A stretch of 64,000 nt of DNA from Anaerolineales bacterium (GTDB lineage: Bacteria > Chloroflexota > Anaerolineae > Anaerolineales > UBA11579): contig JAGVCA010000039.1 in NCBI GenBank assembly GCA_020059485.1, forward strand, positions 3,354-67,353. The letters run 5' to 3'. The notes below the pieces were generated by a model. The model was not told the DNA's origin, made no database searches, and was given only the letters and a program-made list of their open reading frames with translations. Positions 27,041 through 36,717 of the stretch are shown piece by piece (position 1 is the first letter of the stretch; each line of letters opens with the position of its first letter). Made by a program: the position numbers and the translations under genes.

Positions 27041-28051
27041 ATGAGCGATGCAAAAGATAAAGCCCTGGATAACGCCATGAAGGACATCACCAAACGCTAC
27101 GGGGATGGTTCGATCATGCGTCTGGGAGAGGCTCACAGCCTGCGGGTGGAGGCGATCCCGACCGGTTCGCTCTCGCTGGACCTGGCGCTGGGGATCGGGG
27201 GCATCCCGCGCGGGCGGGTGACAGAGATCTTCGGGCCGGAATCTTCCGGAAAAACGACCATCTGCCAGCATATCGTGGCGGAAGCACAAAAATTGGGCGG
27301 GACAGCTGCCTTTGTGGATATGGAACATGCCCTGGACCCAAACTATGCCGCAGTGTGCGGGGTGGATGTCAATAACCTGCTGATCTCCCAGCCGGACATG
27401 GGCGAACAGGCGCTGGAGATCACCGAGACGCTGGTGCGCTCCGGAGCGGTGGATGTGGTGGTGATCGACTCGGTGGCAGCGCTAGTGCCGCGCTCGGAAC
27501 TGGAAGGGGATATGGGGGCTGCCACCATGGGGGTGCAGGCCCGGCTGATGTCCCAGGCATTGCGCAAGCTCTCCGGGGTGATCAAGCAGACCAACACGGC
27601 AGTGATCTTCACCAACCAACTGCGCCAAAAGATCGGCGTGATGTTCGGCAATCCGGAGACCACCACCGGCGGGCAGGCACTGAAGTTCTACGCCTCGGTG
27701 CGGCTGGATGTGCGGCGGGTGCAATCGATCAAGGCGGGCAGCGAGCTGATCGGCAGCCGGACGCGCGTGCGGGTGGTCAAAAACAAAGTTGCCCCGCCGT
27801 TTCGTGCAGCAGAATTTGATATAATGTATAATGAAGGCATATCCAAATATGGAGATATTCTGGACCTCGCCGTAGAGTTCCAGATCGTTGACAAGCGCGG
27901 CTCTTTTTACAACTTCGGCGAGATCCGCATGGGTCAGGGACGCGAAAACACCAAAGATTACCTGCGTCAGACCCCTGAACTGGCAGAGATGATCGAACAA
28001 GCGATCAGAACACAGGTCCTAACAGACGGCATCATGCCTCTGGATGAGTGA
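27041..28051 (+). CDS. recA: Recombinase RecA
   Basis: 336 aa with [24 protein letters not shown], Walker [10 protein letters not shown], and the [22 protein letters not shown]-like block. Confidence 0.98.
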   Translation: MSDAKDKALDNAMKDITKRYGDGSIMRLGEAHSLRVEAIPTGSLSLDLALGIGGIPRGRVTEIFGPESSGKTTICQHIVAEAQKLGGTAAFVDMEHALDPNYAAVCGVDVNNLLISQPDMGEQALEITETLVRSGAVDVVVIDSVAALVPRSELEGDMGAATMGVQARLMSQALRKLSGVIKQTNTAVIFTNQLRQKIGVMFGNPETTTGGQALKFYASVRLDVRRVQSIKAGSELIGSRTRVRVVKNKVAPPFRAAEFDIMYNEGISKYGDILDLAVEFQIVDKRGSFYNFGEIRMGQGRENTKDYLRQTPELAEMIEQAIRTQVLTDGIMPLDE

Positions 28052-28139
28052 CCGATGATCTGCCAGACGGCCGCAAACTACACTACAACACAGCGGCCAC
28101 GACTGATAAGACAGGATAGCGATTTTCAGGCATTTACCG

Positions 28140-28162
28140 GCACAGGCGCGCCATGCCTGTGC
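28140..28162 (+). other. Hairpin in the recA-recX spacer
   Basis: GCACAGGC-GCGCCAT-GCCTGTGC forms an 8-bp stem. There is no U-tract. Confidence 0.35.
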
Positions 28163-28348
28163 AAACAGAACAACGGCAAATAAAGAATCATCGTTGAGGA
28201 CAACACCTCTTTCAGGTCAAGCTGAAAAGGACCAAAACATCGGAATCACCCGAGCAGCTCTAAGAGACGCTCATTTGCCATAGGTAATACCTGTAGTACA
28301 GCGCAACCAAATTCAATTTGGGTCCTCCTATCGTATCAGCCGTGACAA

Positions 28349-28373
28349 CCGCCTGTGTGGCGGATTTTTGTTT
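28349..28373 (+). terminator. Terminator/attenuator-like hairpin immediately upstream of the recX start
   Basis: CCGCC-TGTGT-GGCGG is followed by ATTTTTGTTT and ends 3 nt before the ATG at 28376. Confidence 0.45.
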
Positions 28374-28375
28374 AT

Positions 28376-29005
28376 ATGGCGAAGATCACAGGACTGAAAC
28401 TGCAAAAACGCAACAAGGACCGGGTCAATGTGTACCTGGACGGCGAATTTGCATTCGGTCTCTCTCGCATCGTGGCCGCCTGGCTTCGCACCGGACAGGA
28501 ACTGAGCGAGGAGAAGATCGCCGAACTTAAGGGATCCGACCACAAGGAAGTCGCACTGCAGCGGGCGCTCAACTTCCTCAGTTACCGGCCGCGCTCGGAA
28601 CAAGAGGTGCGGCAAAATTTGAAAAAACACGATTACGACGAGCAGGTGATCGAAGAGATCCTTGCCCGACTGCGCCAGGGAAAACTGGTGGATGATGAAG
28701 CCTTTGCCGAACTATGGGTGGAGAACCGTTCCGAGTTCCGCCCGCGCGGCAGCCGTATGCTGCAGGCAGAGTTACGGCGAAAAGGCATTCCGGACAGGGT
28801 GATCTCCTGCACGCTGGAGGGACTGGACGAAACCAGCCTGGCGCTGAAAGCCGCCAGAAAGAAAGCCCGCCGTTACCAGCAACTGGAATGGCAAGAATTC
28901 CAGAAGAAGCTGTACGGTTTTCTGGCTCGGCGCGGTTTCCACTACGGGACGATCTCCGAAGTGGTGCCGCAAGTGTACGAGGAAGTGACCTCGGCGCAGG
29001 GCTGA
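28376..29005 (+). CDS. recX: RecA regulator RecX
   Basis: MAKITGLKLQKRNKDRVNVYLDGEFAFGL... and ALNFLSYRPRSEQEVRQNLKK fit the RecX three-repeat helical family. It lies downstream of recA. A GTG at 28355 is an alternative start. Confidence 0.88.
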   Translation: MAKITGLKLQKRNKDRVNVYLDGEFAFGLSRIVAAWLRTGQELSEEKIAELKGSDHKEVALQRALNFLSYRPRSEQEVRQNLKKHDYDEQVIEEILARLRQGKLVDDEAFAELWVENRSEFRPRGSRMLQAELRRKGIPDRVISCTLEGLDETSLALKAARKKARRYQQLEWQEFQKKLYGFLARRGFHYGTISEVVPQVYEEVTSAQG

Positions 29006-29028
29006 AACAGAACTAGAAAGGGATAACC

Positions 29029-30552
29029 ATGAACAATCCAATTGTACTTGCAGTCATTTTCGGACTGGTCGGGGCAGTGGTTGGGTACCTGATCCGGCAT
29101 CTGATCCTGATCCAGTCCATCCGGCGAGACGAAGCCCAGGCTGACCAGATCATCAGCAGTGCGCAAGAGAAGGCCAGAGCGATCGAACTGGAAGCCAAAA
29201 ACCAGGCGATCAAAACCCGGGAAACTGTCGACCAGGAATTGAATCGGCGCCGGCAGGAACTGAACCGGGAGGACGAGCGGCTGCAACGCCGGCGGACCGA
29301 AATGGACGAGCGCGCCGAGCGGATCGAAAAGCGCGAGCAGAAGCAGAGTAAACGGCAGAGCGCTCTTGATAAACGCGTCAACGATATTGAGATCCTGCAC
29401 AGCGAAGCGATGACCAAGCTGCAGGATATCTCTAACATGACCCGGGATGAGGCCCAGGCGATCCTGCTGGCCGAGGTAGAGAAAGAAGCCCGGGGCGATA
29501 TGGCCCGGGTGATGCGCCAGATCGAAGCCGAGGCGCGCGAAGAAGGTGAGAAGCGGGCCCGCAATCTGATCACGCTGGCGATCCAGCGGGTGGCCTCAGA
29601 GACGGTCTCTGAGATCACCACCTCGGTGGTTTCGTTGCCCTCGGACGACATGAAGGGCCGGATCATCGGGCGCAACGGGCGCAATATCCGCTCGTTCGAG
29701 GCGGCTGCCGGGGTGGATGTGATCGTGGACGATACCCCGGAAGCGGTGACGATCTCGTGCTTTGACCCGGTGCGGCGGGAAGTAGCCCGGCGCACGCTGC
29801 AAAAGCTGGTCAATGATGGGCGGATCCACCCGGCCAGTATCGAAAAGACGATCGAAAAAGAGACCCGCGAGGTCGAGAAGATCATCGAAGAGGCTGGCGA
29901 AGAAGCCTCCTTCGAGGCTGGCGTACCTGGCCTGCACAAAGAAGTGACCAAAGTGCTGGGGCGGTTAAAGTTCCGAACTTCATACGGGCAGAACCAGCTT
30001 GACCACGCGGTCGAGACCGCCAAGTTGTGCGCGGTGATCGCCTCAGAACTGGGAGCGGATGTAGAGATCGCCAAGATGGGCGGCCTGCTGCACGACCTGG
30101 GCAAGGCGATGGACCACAACCTGGAAGGCACGCACGCCCAGATCGGGGCAGATTTTGCCGCTCGCTACGGCGTGCCGAAGGTGGTGGTCAATGCGATCGC
30201 ATCGCACCACCATGAGGTCGAGCAAGAATCGGTTGAGGCGGTGATCGTTGAGTCCGCCGATGCCATCTCCGGGGCGCGGCCAGGCGCACGGCGCGAAAGC
30301 CTGGAGCAGTACCTCAAGCGTGTGCGCAGCCTGGAAGAGATCGCCAATGCTTACAAGGGCGTGACCCAGAGCTACGCCCTGCAAGCCGGGCGCGAGGTCA
30401 GGATCATCGTGCGGCCGGAGGATGTGGACGACCTGGAAGCCACCCGGATGGCACGCGACATCGCCAAGCAGATCGAGGAGACGATGCAGTACCCCGGTCA
30501 GATCAAGGTGACGGTGCTGCGTGAGACCCGGGCAGTGGAATTTGCCAAATAG
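29029..30552 (+). CDS. rny: Ribonuclease Y
   Basis: 507 aa with an N-terminal TM helix, a coiled coil, a KH domain (GRIIGRNGRNIRSFE) and an HD domain (LLHDLGKA...ASHH). Confidence 0.96.
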   Translation: MNNPIVLAVIFGLVGAVVGYLIRHLILIQSIRRDEAQADQIISSAQEKARAIELEAKNQAIKTRETVDQELNRRRQELNREDERLQRRRTEMDERAERIEKREQKQSKRQSALDKRVNDIEILHSEAMTKLQDISNMTRDEAQAILLAEVEKEARGDMARVMRQIEAEAREEGEKRARNLITLAIQRVASETVSEITTSVVSLPSDDMKGRIIGRNGRNIRSFEAAAGVDVIVDDTPEAVTISCFDPVRREVARRTLQKLVNDGRIHPASIEKTIEKETREVEKIIEEAGEEASFEAGVPGLHKEVTKVLGRLKFRTSYGQNQLDHAVETAKLCAVIASELGADVEIAKMGGLLHDLGKAMDHNLEGTHAQIGADFAARYGVPKVVVNAIASHHHEVEQESVEAVIVESADAISGARPGARRESLEQYLKRVRSLEEIANAYKGVTQSYALQAGREVRIIVRPEDVDDLEATRMARDIAKQIEETMQYPGQIKVTVLRETRAVEFAK

Positions 30553-30576
30553 CAGGCCTTAGTCAGTAGAAAGTGG

Positions 30577-30606
30577 CAGGCGGTCATTAGACCGCCTGTT
30601 TTTTTT
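30577..30606 (+). terminator. Intrinsic terminator of rny
   Basis: CAGGCGGTC-ATTA-GACCGCCTG is followed by TTTTTTTT. Confidence 0.88.
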
Positions 30607-30654
30607 CTGGCTTTGGCGAACCTGATCCCAGCTGTCAGATCAGGAAATATCAGT

Positions 30655-31287
30655 CTATTCGAGTAAGGTCTTACACACTCGGACCGCACTGGAGGCATCC
30701 GGCGCGAAACCATCGGCCCCGATCTGCCGAGCGAATTCTTCGGTAACCGGAGCGCCACCAACAACGATCCTGACCTCGGTGCGCAGACCGGTTTCTTCGA
30801 TCGCGTCAATAACGGCTTTCATATTGTTCATTGTTGTCGTCAGCAACGCCGACATGCCGACCACCTGGGCACCCTGACGGACTTCCTCAGCGAATTTGGC
30901 AGGATCAACATCCGTACCCAGGTCGACGACCTTAAAACCAGCACCTTCCAACATCATTGCCACCAGGTTCTTGCCGATGTCGTGCAGGTCTCCTTTGACG
31001 GTTCCGATCACGACCTTGCCAGATGAGTGCACATCATCATCAGCCAGGTGCGGCTTGAGTAAGCCAAGTCCAGACTGCATTGCTCGGGCTGCGATCAACA
31101 TCTCAGGCACAAAGAATTCGCCAGCCTCAAACCGCTGACCGACCTCATCCATAGCCCGGATCAATCCCGCATTCAGGATCTCCCCAGCGTTGTTCCCAAC
31201 ATCCAGGGCAGACTGAACGTGTTCTCTCACGGCAATTGCGTCCCCCTCCAGTACAGCCAGATAGACTTTTTCGATGCTCACAGACAT
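30655..31287 (-). CDS. Corrinoid (cobalamin)-binding protein of the methyltransferase-associated type
   Basis: 210 aa with an N-terminal helical cap domain and a Rossmann B12 domain carrying DLHDIGKNLV (DxHxxG) and GMSALLTTT. Confidence 0.88.
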   Translation of the reverse strand: MSVSIEKVYLAVLEGDAIAVREHVQSALDVGNNAGEILNAGLIRAMDEVGQRFEAGEFFVPEMLIAARAMQSGLGLLKPHLADDDVHSSGKVVIGTVKGDLHDIGKNLVAMMLEGAGFKVVDLGTDVDPAKFAEEVRQGAQVVGMSALLTTTMNNMKAVIDAIEETGLRTEVRIVVGGAPVTEEFARQIGADGFAPDASSAVRVCKTLLE

Positions 31288-31314
31288 TCATATCCTCCAA
31301 TTAATTGATAGATT

Positions 31315-32274
31315 TTATTCCAGGTTCAAGACTTCGGCAGCGGTATGATTATCCGTCACCAAAACATTGATATAACCTCCAGCCAACGCTCCCCTGACCG
31401 CCTCGATCTTTCCAGGGCCGCCTGCAATGCCGATCCGGATCGGGATCTTCATCAGATCGCGTTTTCTGATAGTAAAAGACCTCTTCTGGAAGTTGCGAGC
31501 AGTCTGGTTTCCATCCTTGTCAAAAAACAAGCCACACACATTTCCGACTGCCCCCGACTTGATCAGATCTTCGATCTCATCACCGATCAGGTAGCCGGCG
31601 CTATAGAAGGTCGAGTAATCAAGATTGGTACTGCCAACCCCAAAAAGACCGACGTCACATTGTTTCATCAACTGCATGGTCTCACGGACGCCGGTGACTT
31701 TCATCAGGGCGTCGACTGTTTCAGGGCTGTCGACAATATATGGGACATTGAGGTAATGGGCTTCGCCGCCGACCTTGGCCGCCAAATGACCGACGACACC
31801 ATGGCCGTCGATTTCCAGATTGCGACCACGCAGCGCTCCGACCAATTGGACGACCTTGATCGCCATTGGGTGCTCCACCTCAAGCGCATTGATGGTCGCA
31901 CCAAGCGCCGTCCCCCAGGCCGTTCCCAAGACCAGGCCAGATTTCAAATATGGTTTGATCACTTTGGCAGCAGCCGAGCCCAATCTGGAGAGGTAACGCA
32001 GACTGTCCTCCACGTAGCCGATAAAAACCATGGCATCCAGCAACTTGTACCTTGTGATCATTTCCTTGCTCAACGATTGGCTGTATTGCAAATCACGATC
32101 GATGGATATTTTCACGATGTTCTTGTTTCGCGCTTCGGTTAACATCCTGGAGATCATCGAACGAGTGACACCCACCCTTTTGGAGATCTCGGATTGGTTC
32201 ATGCCATCCAGGTAATACATTTCTGCGACATCTGCCAGCAGATCATCGCGGTTGTGAGTTTCATTCTTGACCAT
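31315..32274 (-). CDS. SorC/DeoR(Bsu)/CggR family sugar-binding transcriptional regulator
   Basis: 319 aa with the N-terminal HTH LADVAEMYYLDGMNQSEISKRVGVTRSMISRMLTEARNKNIV and a C-terminal sugar-binding domain (GIAGGPGKIEAVRGAL). Confidence 0.88.
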   Translation of the reverse strand: MVKNETHNRDDLLADVAEMYYLDGMNQSEISKRVGVTRSMISRMLTEARNKNIVKISIDRDLQYSQSLSKEMITRYKLLDAMVFIGYVEDSLRYLSRLGSAAAKVIKPYLKSGLVLGTAWGTALGATINALEVEHPMAIKVVQLVGALRGRNLEIDGHGVVGHLAAKVGGEAHYLNVPYIVDSPETVDALMKVTGVRETMQLMKQCDVGLFGVGSTNLDYSTFYSAGYLIGDEIEDLIKSGAVGNVCGLFFDKDGNQTARNFQKRSFTIRKRDLMKIPIRIGIAGGPGKIEAVRGALAGGYINVLVTDNHTAAEVLNLE

Positions 32275-32285
32275 AACTGCTCACC

Positions 32286-33437
32286 TTAGCTCGTCAGGGT
32301 ACGGACCTTTTCCACACTTTCGTGAAGGAGAGAAAGGAACATTTCTATCTCGCTGCTGGTGGTATGAATACCCAGGGAAATCCGGATGGTCCCCTCGATC
32401 TGCTCGACGGGGATATTCATGCTGGAAAGCACATGGGACGGCTCGATCGATTCGGATGTACAGGCTGATCCCATCGAGACCGCTACTCCAGCCTGATTCA
32501 ATTCAAAGAGCAGCAGTTCTCCGTCCACATTGGGGAAACTCACGGAAATGATGTGGGGAGAAACATCCACCTCTGGACTGATCAACCTGACCGCCGGCTG
32601 GAACTGCCTCAAACCCGAGACCAGCAATCCCCGCAGGAGAGAGAGCGATCGATACCGGCTCGGCCGGTCCTCGCTCATTAAAGTCATTGCTGCCCCGAGG
32701 CCGACAATCCCGGCGACGTTCTCTGTTCCAGGCCGACGCTTCCCTTCTTGCGCCCCGCCCAGGAAGATCGGTTCAATGGGTGTGCCTTTCCGAATGTATA
32801 AGGCTCCCACCCCTTTTGGGCCGTAGATCTTATGCCCTGAGATGGATAGCAGATCGACCTCAAGAGCATCTACGTCGAGTGCGTAGCAGAGCAAGGCCTG
32901 GACGGCATCCGTGTGCATGAGGGAATCATATTGATGGGCCAATTTGGCAAAAGTGTGGATTTTTTGTAAACTCCCGACCTCATTATTTACCATCATGATG
33001 GAGACTAGGCCGGGCTGATACCGGAGCGCGCTTTCGAGGTCTTCGGGGGAGACAAACCCGCGGTCATTGACCGGCAGGAAAGTGACTTTGCAGCCTTTTT
33101 GGGCCAGCGATTCGGCGGGATGCAAGACTGCATGATGCTCGATCCTGCTTACAATCAGGTGTTGACGTTCCGGGGGTAAGGCATTGATGACACCGAAGAG
33201 CGCCAGGTTATTGGCTTCGGTGGCCCCGCTGGTGAAGAAGATCTCATCCTGTTGCGCACAGAGTCCAGCGGAAATCTGTGTGCGGGCCCGATCGACCATC
33301 TCACGCGCCTGTTGGCCAAATGAATGCATGGAGGAAGGGTTGCCAAAAGACGAGGTCAGCGCAGGCTGCATCGCCTCCAACACAGCGGGATGGAGAGGAG
33401 AGGTTGCGCAGTAATCAAAATAGAGTTGGGCAGTCAT
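32286..33437 (-). CDS. Class V aminotransferase, NifS/IscS-type cysteine desulfurase
   Basis: 383 aa with SGHKIYGPKGVGALYIR (PLP Lys) and the catalytic loop SMGSACTS. Confidence 0.88.
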   Translation of the reverse strand: MTAQLYFDYCATSPLHPAVLEAMQPALTSSFGNPSSMHSFGQQAREMVDRARTQISAGLCAQQDEIFFTSGATEANNLALFGVINALPPERQHLIVSRIEHHAVLHPAESLAQKGCKVTFLPVNDRGFVSPEDLESALRYQPGLVSIMMVNNEVGSLQKIHTFAKLAHQYDSLMHTDAVQALLCYALDVDALEVDLLSISGHKIYGPKGVGALYIRKGTPIEPIFLGGAQEGKRRPGTENVAGIVGLGAAMTLMSEDRPSRYRSLSLLRGLLVSGLRQFQPAVRLISPEVDVSPHIISVSFPNVDGELLLFELNQAGVAVSMGSACTSESIEPSHVLSSMNIPVEQIEGTIRISLGIHTTSSEIEMFLSLLHESVEKVRTLTS

Positions 33438-33467
33438 GGCAAAACTCCTCTATCAGGTCAGGCGGCG

Positions 33468-33776
33468 TCAGACTGGCCGGTGGTATTGGGATTTTACGCT
33501 CTCGATGACCTTTTGCAGAGTATCCGGATCGTTCAGATCCTTCAATAAGGGCCGGATACTGATCGACGGGCAACTCAATTCTTCTGGGTGAAAGGCGGGA
33601 ATCAGCTGAAAGACAAGATCCACATTCACAGGCGGGGAACTGTTCTCCCAAATACTTTGATTATCAATCCTGAGGTGATACCCGTGCTCCTCCAACAGGG
33701 CCAGCAGATGATCTCTGACGATGACCATCCGATTACCGCACCAACCATTCACGATCTTGATGTGAAATTTTCTCAT
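33468..33776 (-). CDS. Small divergent PTS EIIB-like protein (tentative)
   Basis: Start moved to the ATG at 33776. MRKFHIKIVNGWCGNRMVIVRDHLLALLEEHGY...VDLVFQLIP mimics the strand-Cys loop-helix layout of PTS_IIB folds, but the Cys loop is atypical. Confidence 0.4.
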   Translation of the reverse strand: MRKFHIKIVNGWCGNRMVIVRDHLLALLEEHGYHLRIDNQSIWENSSPPVNVDLVFQLIPAFHPEELSCPSISIRPLLKDLNDPDTLQKVIESVKSQYHRPV

Positions 33777-33858
33777 GCCGACCGCCAAACTTAGCAATAG
33801 GATGATTGCAGTGCTCCCCTGCGAGACTGGTACCTCGCAGGGGAGACATCACTATGAA

Positions 33859-35133
33859 CTAGAGAGAGAAACCGAAGAGCTTAAAGATGTTCAGGATCAC
33901 AAATCCGATCGGATCGCCACCCATATCCCAGCTGGCCAACTGCAGACCGGCTTCGATCTCAGCGGTGAACTGGCCCATATTGGCGAAGGTGGCAGTGTGG
34001 ATGTCAGCCGTCATAGAGGCGAAGTACATGAACGGGATCGAGTAGAGCAACAGCACGATCACGGTCTTGATCACATTGCCTTTGGTGTATGGCACAACTG
34101 CACCGGCCCAGAACGGGATGACCGCCAGGCTGGCGATCGGGAGCATCTTGACGCCCGGCAGGACCGCAGCCAGCAGGATGCTGAGCGGGAAGAGGATCAC
34201 CGAGGAGGCCATCACGGCCGGGTGGCCGAGCAGCACTGCGCAGTCCACTGCCACGAAGATCTCGCGGTCCTGGAAGCGTTCGCGCATGAATTCCACGATC
34301 GACATCGTGATCGGCACCAGGCCCTCGGAAATGATCGAGACCATCCGGGGCAGGATAAGCATCATGGTCGCAACCTGCATACCAAGACCCAGGATCCCCT
34401 GGACATTGTAGCCCGCCGCGAGGCCAATGATCATACCCAGCAACAAGCCGAGGATCGCAGGTTCGCCAACCAAACCAAAACGTTTGCGAATGCCATCAGG
34501 CGAAGCGTCCCAGTCCTTGATGCCCGGAATGCGGTCCAGCAGCCAGACAACTGGCATGGCAAAAATGCTGGCCTGGACGGTCGTACCGCAGGGCACACCG
34601 ATGCCAGGCATATCATTGAATTCCTGGTACTTCTTGGCGGTGAGATCGCTCATCAGGGAGCCCAACACCAGATAGACCACGCCGCCAACAATACCCCAGG
34701 TGACCGAGCCAGTCAGCGCCCAGACAAAGCCGGCCAGCGCCGAGCCATGCCAGTAGGACCAGACATCCGTCCACAAGGTCTTGGTGAGCTTGAGGAAGAC
34801 CATGATCAGGTTCACAACGATTATCGAGACAACCAGGCCTGCAACGCCCGGCCAACCCCAGGCGATCCCGGCGTCTGCCCAGTTGACGTCCACCAGCGAT
34901 AGTTCCAAGCCCATGCGGGAAGCCAGGGCTGCCACAGCCGGCTGCAGAGCAGCAATGATCAGGTTTACAATCAGGAACAAGCCAGCCAGACCGACGCCAA
35001 CGGTGACGCCGCCACGGACAGCTTTCTGCCAGCCGACCCTGAAGATCAGGCCCAGCAAGATCAAAACAATAGGCACGATCACGGTTGAGCCGAGGCCTAA
35101 AAACCAACCAACAGCAGTTTGAAGAAACTCCAT
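33859..35133 (-). CDS. PTS galactitol-family EIIC permease
   Basis: 424 aa, polytopic. The N-terminus MEFLQTAVGWFLGLGSTVIVPIVLILLGLIF and the overall layout are typical of the EIIC-GAT (GatC/SgcC) family. Confidence 0.88.
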   Translation of the reverse strand: MEFLQTAVGWFLGLGSTVIVPIVLILLGLIFRVGWQKAVRGGVTVGVGLAGLFLIVNLIIAALQPAVAALASRMGLELSLVDVNWADAGIAWGWPGVAGLVVSIIVVNLIMVFLKLTKTLWTDVWSYWHGSALAGFVWALTGSVTWGIVGGVVYLVLGSLMSDLTAKKYQEFNDMPGIGVPCGTTVQASIFAMPVVWLLDRIPGIKDWDASPDGIRKRFGLVGEPAILGLLLGMIIGLAAGYNVQGILGLGMQVATMMLILPRMVSIISEGLVPITMSIVEFMRERFQDREIFVAVDCAVLLGHPAVMASSVILFPLSILLAAVLPGVKMLPIASLAVIPFWAGAVVPYTKGNVIKTVIVLLLYSIPFMYFASMTADIHTATFANMGQFTAEIEAGLQLASWDMGGDPIGFVILNIFKLFGFSL

Positions 35134-35200
35134 TTTTCCATCTCCTTATGATTATTTGCATCCATCCAGGCTGAGCCTGAAAAGATGAGGCACCAAAAAC

Positions 35201-35494
35201 TTAATTCTCAGTAATCAGTTCAATGATCTCGTCCAGCAGTACCTCCTTCTCCGCTTTTGTCCCGATTAAAAAAGGCATGCCCTTGAGTTGGGGGACGTCG
35301 AATTCCCGGTAGATCTTCATCATGCATACGATCAAGTTCATCCGGCCGATGTATTTATCGATGTCAGCGATCAGGATGCGTTTGACCTCGACATCATGCA
35401 GTTCTTCTTTTTGCAACCGTTCGCGGATCATATCCTCTGCAATCGTTGAGGTATTGATCCCTGCGCCGCAAGCAACTAGTATCAGCTTTCCCAT
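35201..35494 (-). CDS. PTS EIIB (galactitol/ascorbate type)
   Basis: 97 aa. MGKLILVACGAGINTST carries the phospho-Cys loop. Confidence 0.88.
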   Translation of the reverse strand: MGKLILVACGAGINTSTIAEDMIRERLQKEELHDVEVKRILIADIDKYIGRMNLIVCMMKIYREFDVPQLKGMPFLIGTKAEKEVLLDEIIELITEN

Positions 35495-35581
35495 ACAATG
35501 ACTCCTTTTACCTTCGGTTCTCCGTTCAATCCGATCAGTTCTCGATGTACGGCTATCAGTACACCTCCTTCCACAAAACCC

Positions 35582-36052
35582 CTACTGCTGATTGTTCAAT
35601 GACAATTCAGATGAAAGCCAGTCAACGATCTCATTGACTTCTGCCAGGTTCCGCAATTCAGAAAGTTTGTCGGGTTCTCCAAAAAGCTCTGCCAGACTAC
35701 GAAGCGTCTCGATTTGCTCTTCGGGGCTATTGTTCGCCAGCATGACCACCAGTTCGACCGGTAGTACCTCTTCCGGGTCTGCCATGTTAAAAAAGCCTAC
35801 CGGCCGTTTCAGGATTGCGACCGCCAGAGCCGAGACCAGCACCCCATCAGCATCTGCGTGCGGAAATGCGATCGGGAACGGGCGAGTTGGCAAACCGGTC
35901 GGGTGATGAAATTCACGCTCGATCGTTGCAGCCCCATATCCAGCCTCCACCACTCCGGCAGCATGCAACCGCCCAGCAAGCGCAATGATGACGGCATCCG
36001 AGTCATCGGCTTCAAAATCGACCAGCACAAATTTGTTCTGAAAATTCAGCAT
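35582..36052 (-). CDS. PTS EIIA (type 2, mannitol/fructose/Ntr class)
   Basis: Start moved to the ATG at 36052, preceded by GAGGAAAAT. REFHHPTGLPTRPFPIAFPHADADGV contains the His region of the PTS_EIIA_2 fold. Confidence 0.82.
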   Translation of the reverse strand: MLNFQNKFVLVDFEADDSDAVIIALAGRLHAAGVVEAGYGAATIEREFHHPTGLPTRPFPIAFPHADADGVLVSALAVAILKRPVGFFNMADPEEVLPVELVVMLANNSPEEQIETLRSLAELFGEPDKLSELRNLAEVNEIVDWLSSELSLNNQQ

Positions 36053-36059
36053 ATTTTCC

Positions 36060-36716
36060 TCAGCGTTGACCGTAACGGTTTTGATAATAATCAAAGCAGC
36101 GTTTGCTCTGCTCCAGCGTCAATTCGGGCACCGGACCAAGTGCCGCTGCGGCAATATAGGACTTGGCGGCTTCTTCCAGCGTGACTGCCCTTTCCAAGGC
36201 TTGATGCAGGTTCTCTCCGACGGTGATCGGTCCGTGCTGCCCGAGGAGGACCCCATACCCATCTCCCAGAGCTTGAACCGGAGCGGTGACAAAATGTTCA
36301 TCTTCAATATGGGCGTAGCGAGCCACTCTGACCGGTTGACCAAACCAATCTGCCTGGGTTTCGGTGATCATCGGTATCTCTCTCCCGAGAACGGAGAAGG
36401 CGGTGGCGTATGGTGAATGTGAGTGTACAATGGCATGGACATCTGGCCGGACACGCAGGATCGCAGTCCACAGGTTGGTGGCCACCGATGGCCGGTAATG
36501 CCCGTCAACCACATTCATCTCCAGATTGAGGACAATGATGTCCCCGGGCGAGAGCGCTTCGTAGTCGAGGCCGCTGGGGGTCACCACCACCAAGCCAGAT
36601 TCGGGATCACGTGCGCAGATCGTCCCACCTGCCATCCAGACGAGCCCAAATTTCCGCAATGCCAGAGCTCCGTCAAGCACATCTCTTCGCAGTGTTTCCA
36701 GCAGCATACCTAACAC
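36060..36716 (-). CDS. Class II aldolase/adducin-domain protein (AraD/FucA-like aldolase or epimerase)
   Basis: 218 aa with VVVTPSG ... HAIVHSHSPYATAFS ... LLGQHGPITVGENL, the Zn-ligand His pattern of the Aldolase_II family. Confidence 0.88.
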   Translation of the reverse strand: MLGMLLETLRRDVLDGALALRKFGLVWMAGGTICARDPESGLVVVTPSGLDYEALSPGDIIVLNLEMNVVDGHYRPSVATNLWTAILRVRPDVHAIVHSHSPYATAFSVLGREIPMITETQADWFGQPVRVARYAHIEDEHFVTAPVQALGDGYGVLLGQHGPITVGENLHQALERAVTLEEAAKSYIAAAALGPVPELTLEQSKRCFDYYQNRYGQR

Positions 36717-36717
36717 C

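Noticed and set aside
29013-30131. 372-aa minus-strand ORF
   Set aside because: It is antisense to rny and Ser/Arg-rich low complexity. rny has clear KH and HD motifs.
31288-31314. Cobalamin riboswitch upstream of the corrinoid protein gene
   Set aside because: Only 27 nt separate it from the SorC gene stop, which leaves no room for a riboswitch of roughly 200 nt. I saw no B12-box-like sequence elsewhere in the cluster leader.
33775-34902. 375-aa plus-strand ORF
   Set aside because: It lies entirely antisense to the well-supported EIIC-GAT permease. Its low-complexity D/H/R/Q/G composition is typical of the stop-poor antisense frame of a hydrophobic membrane gene.
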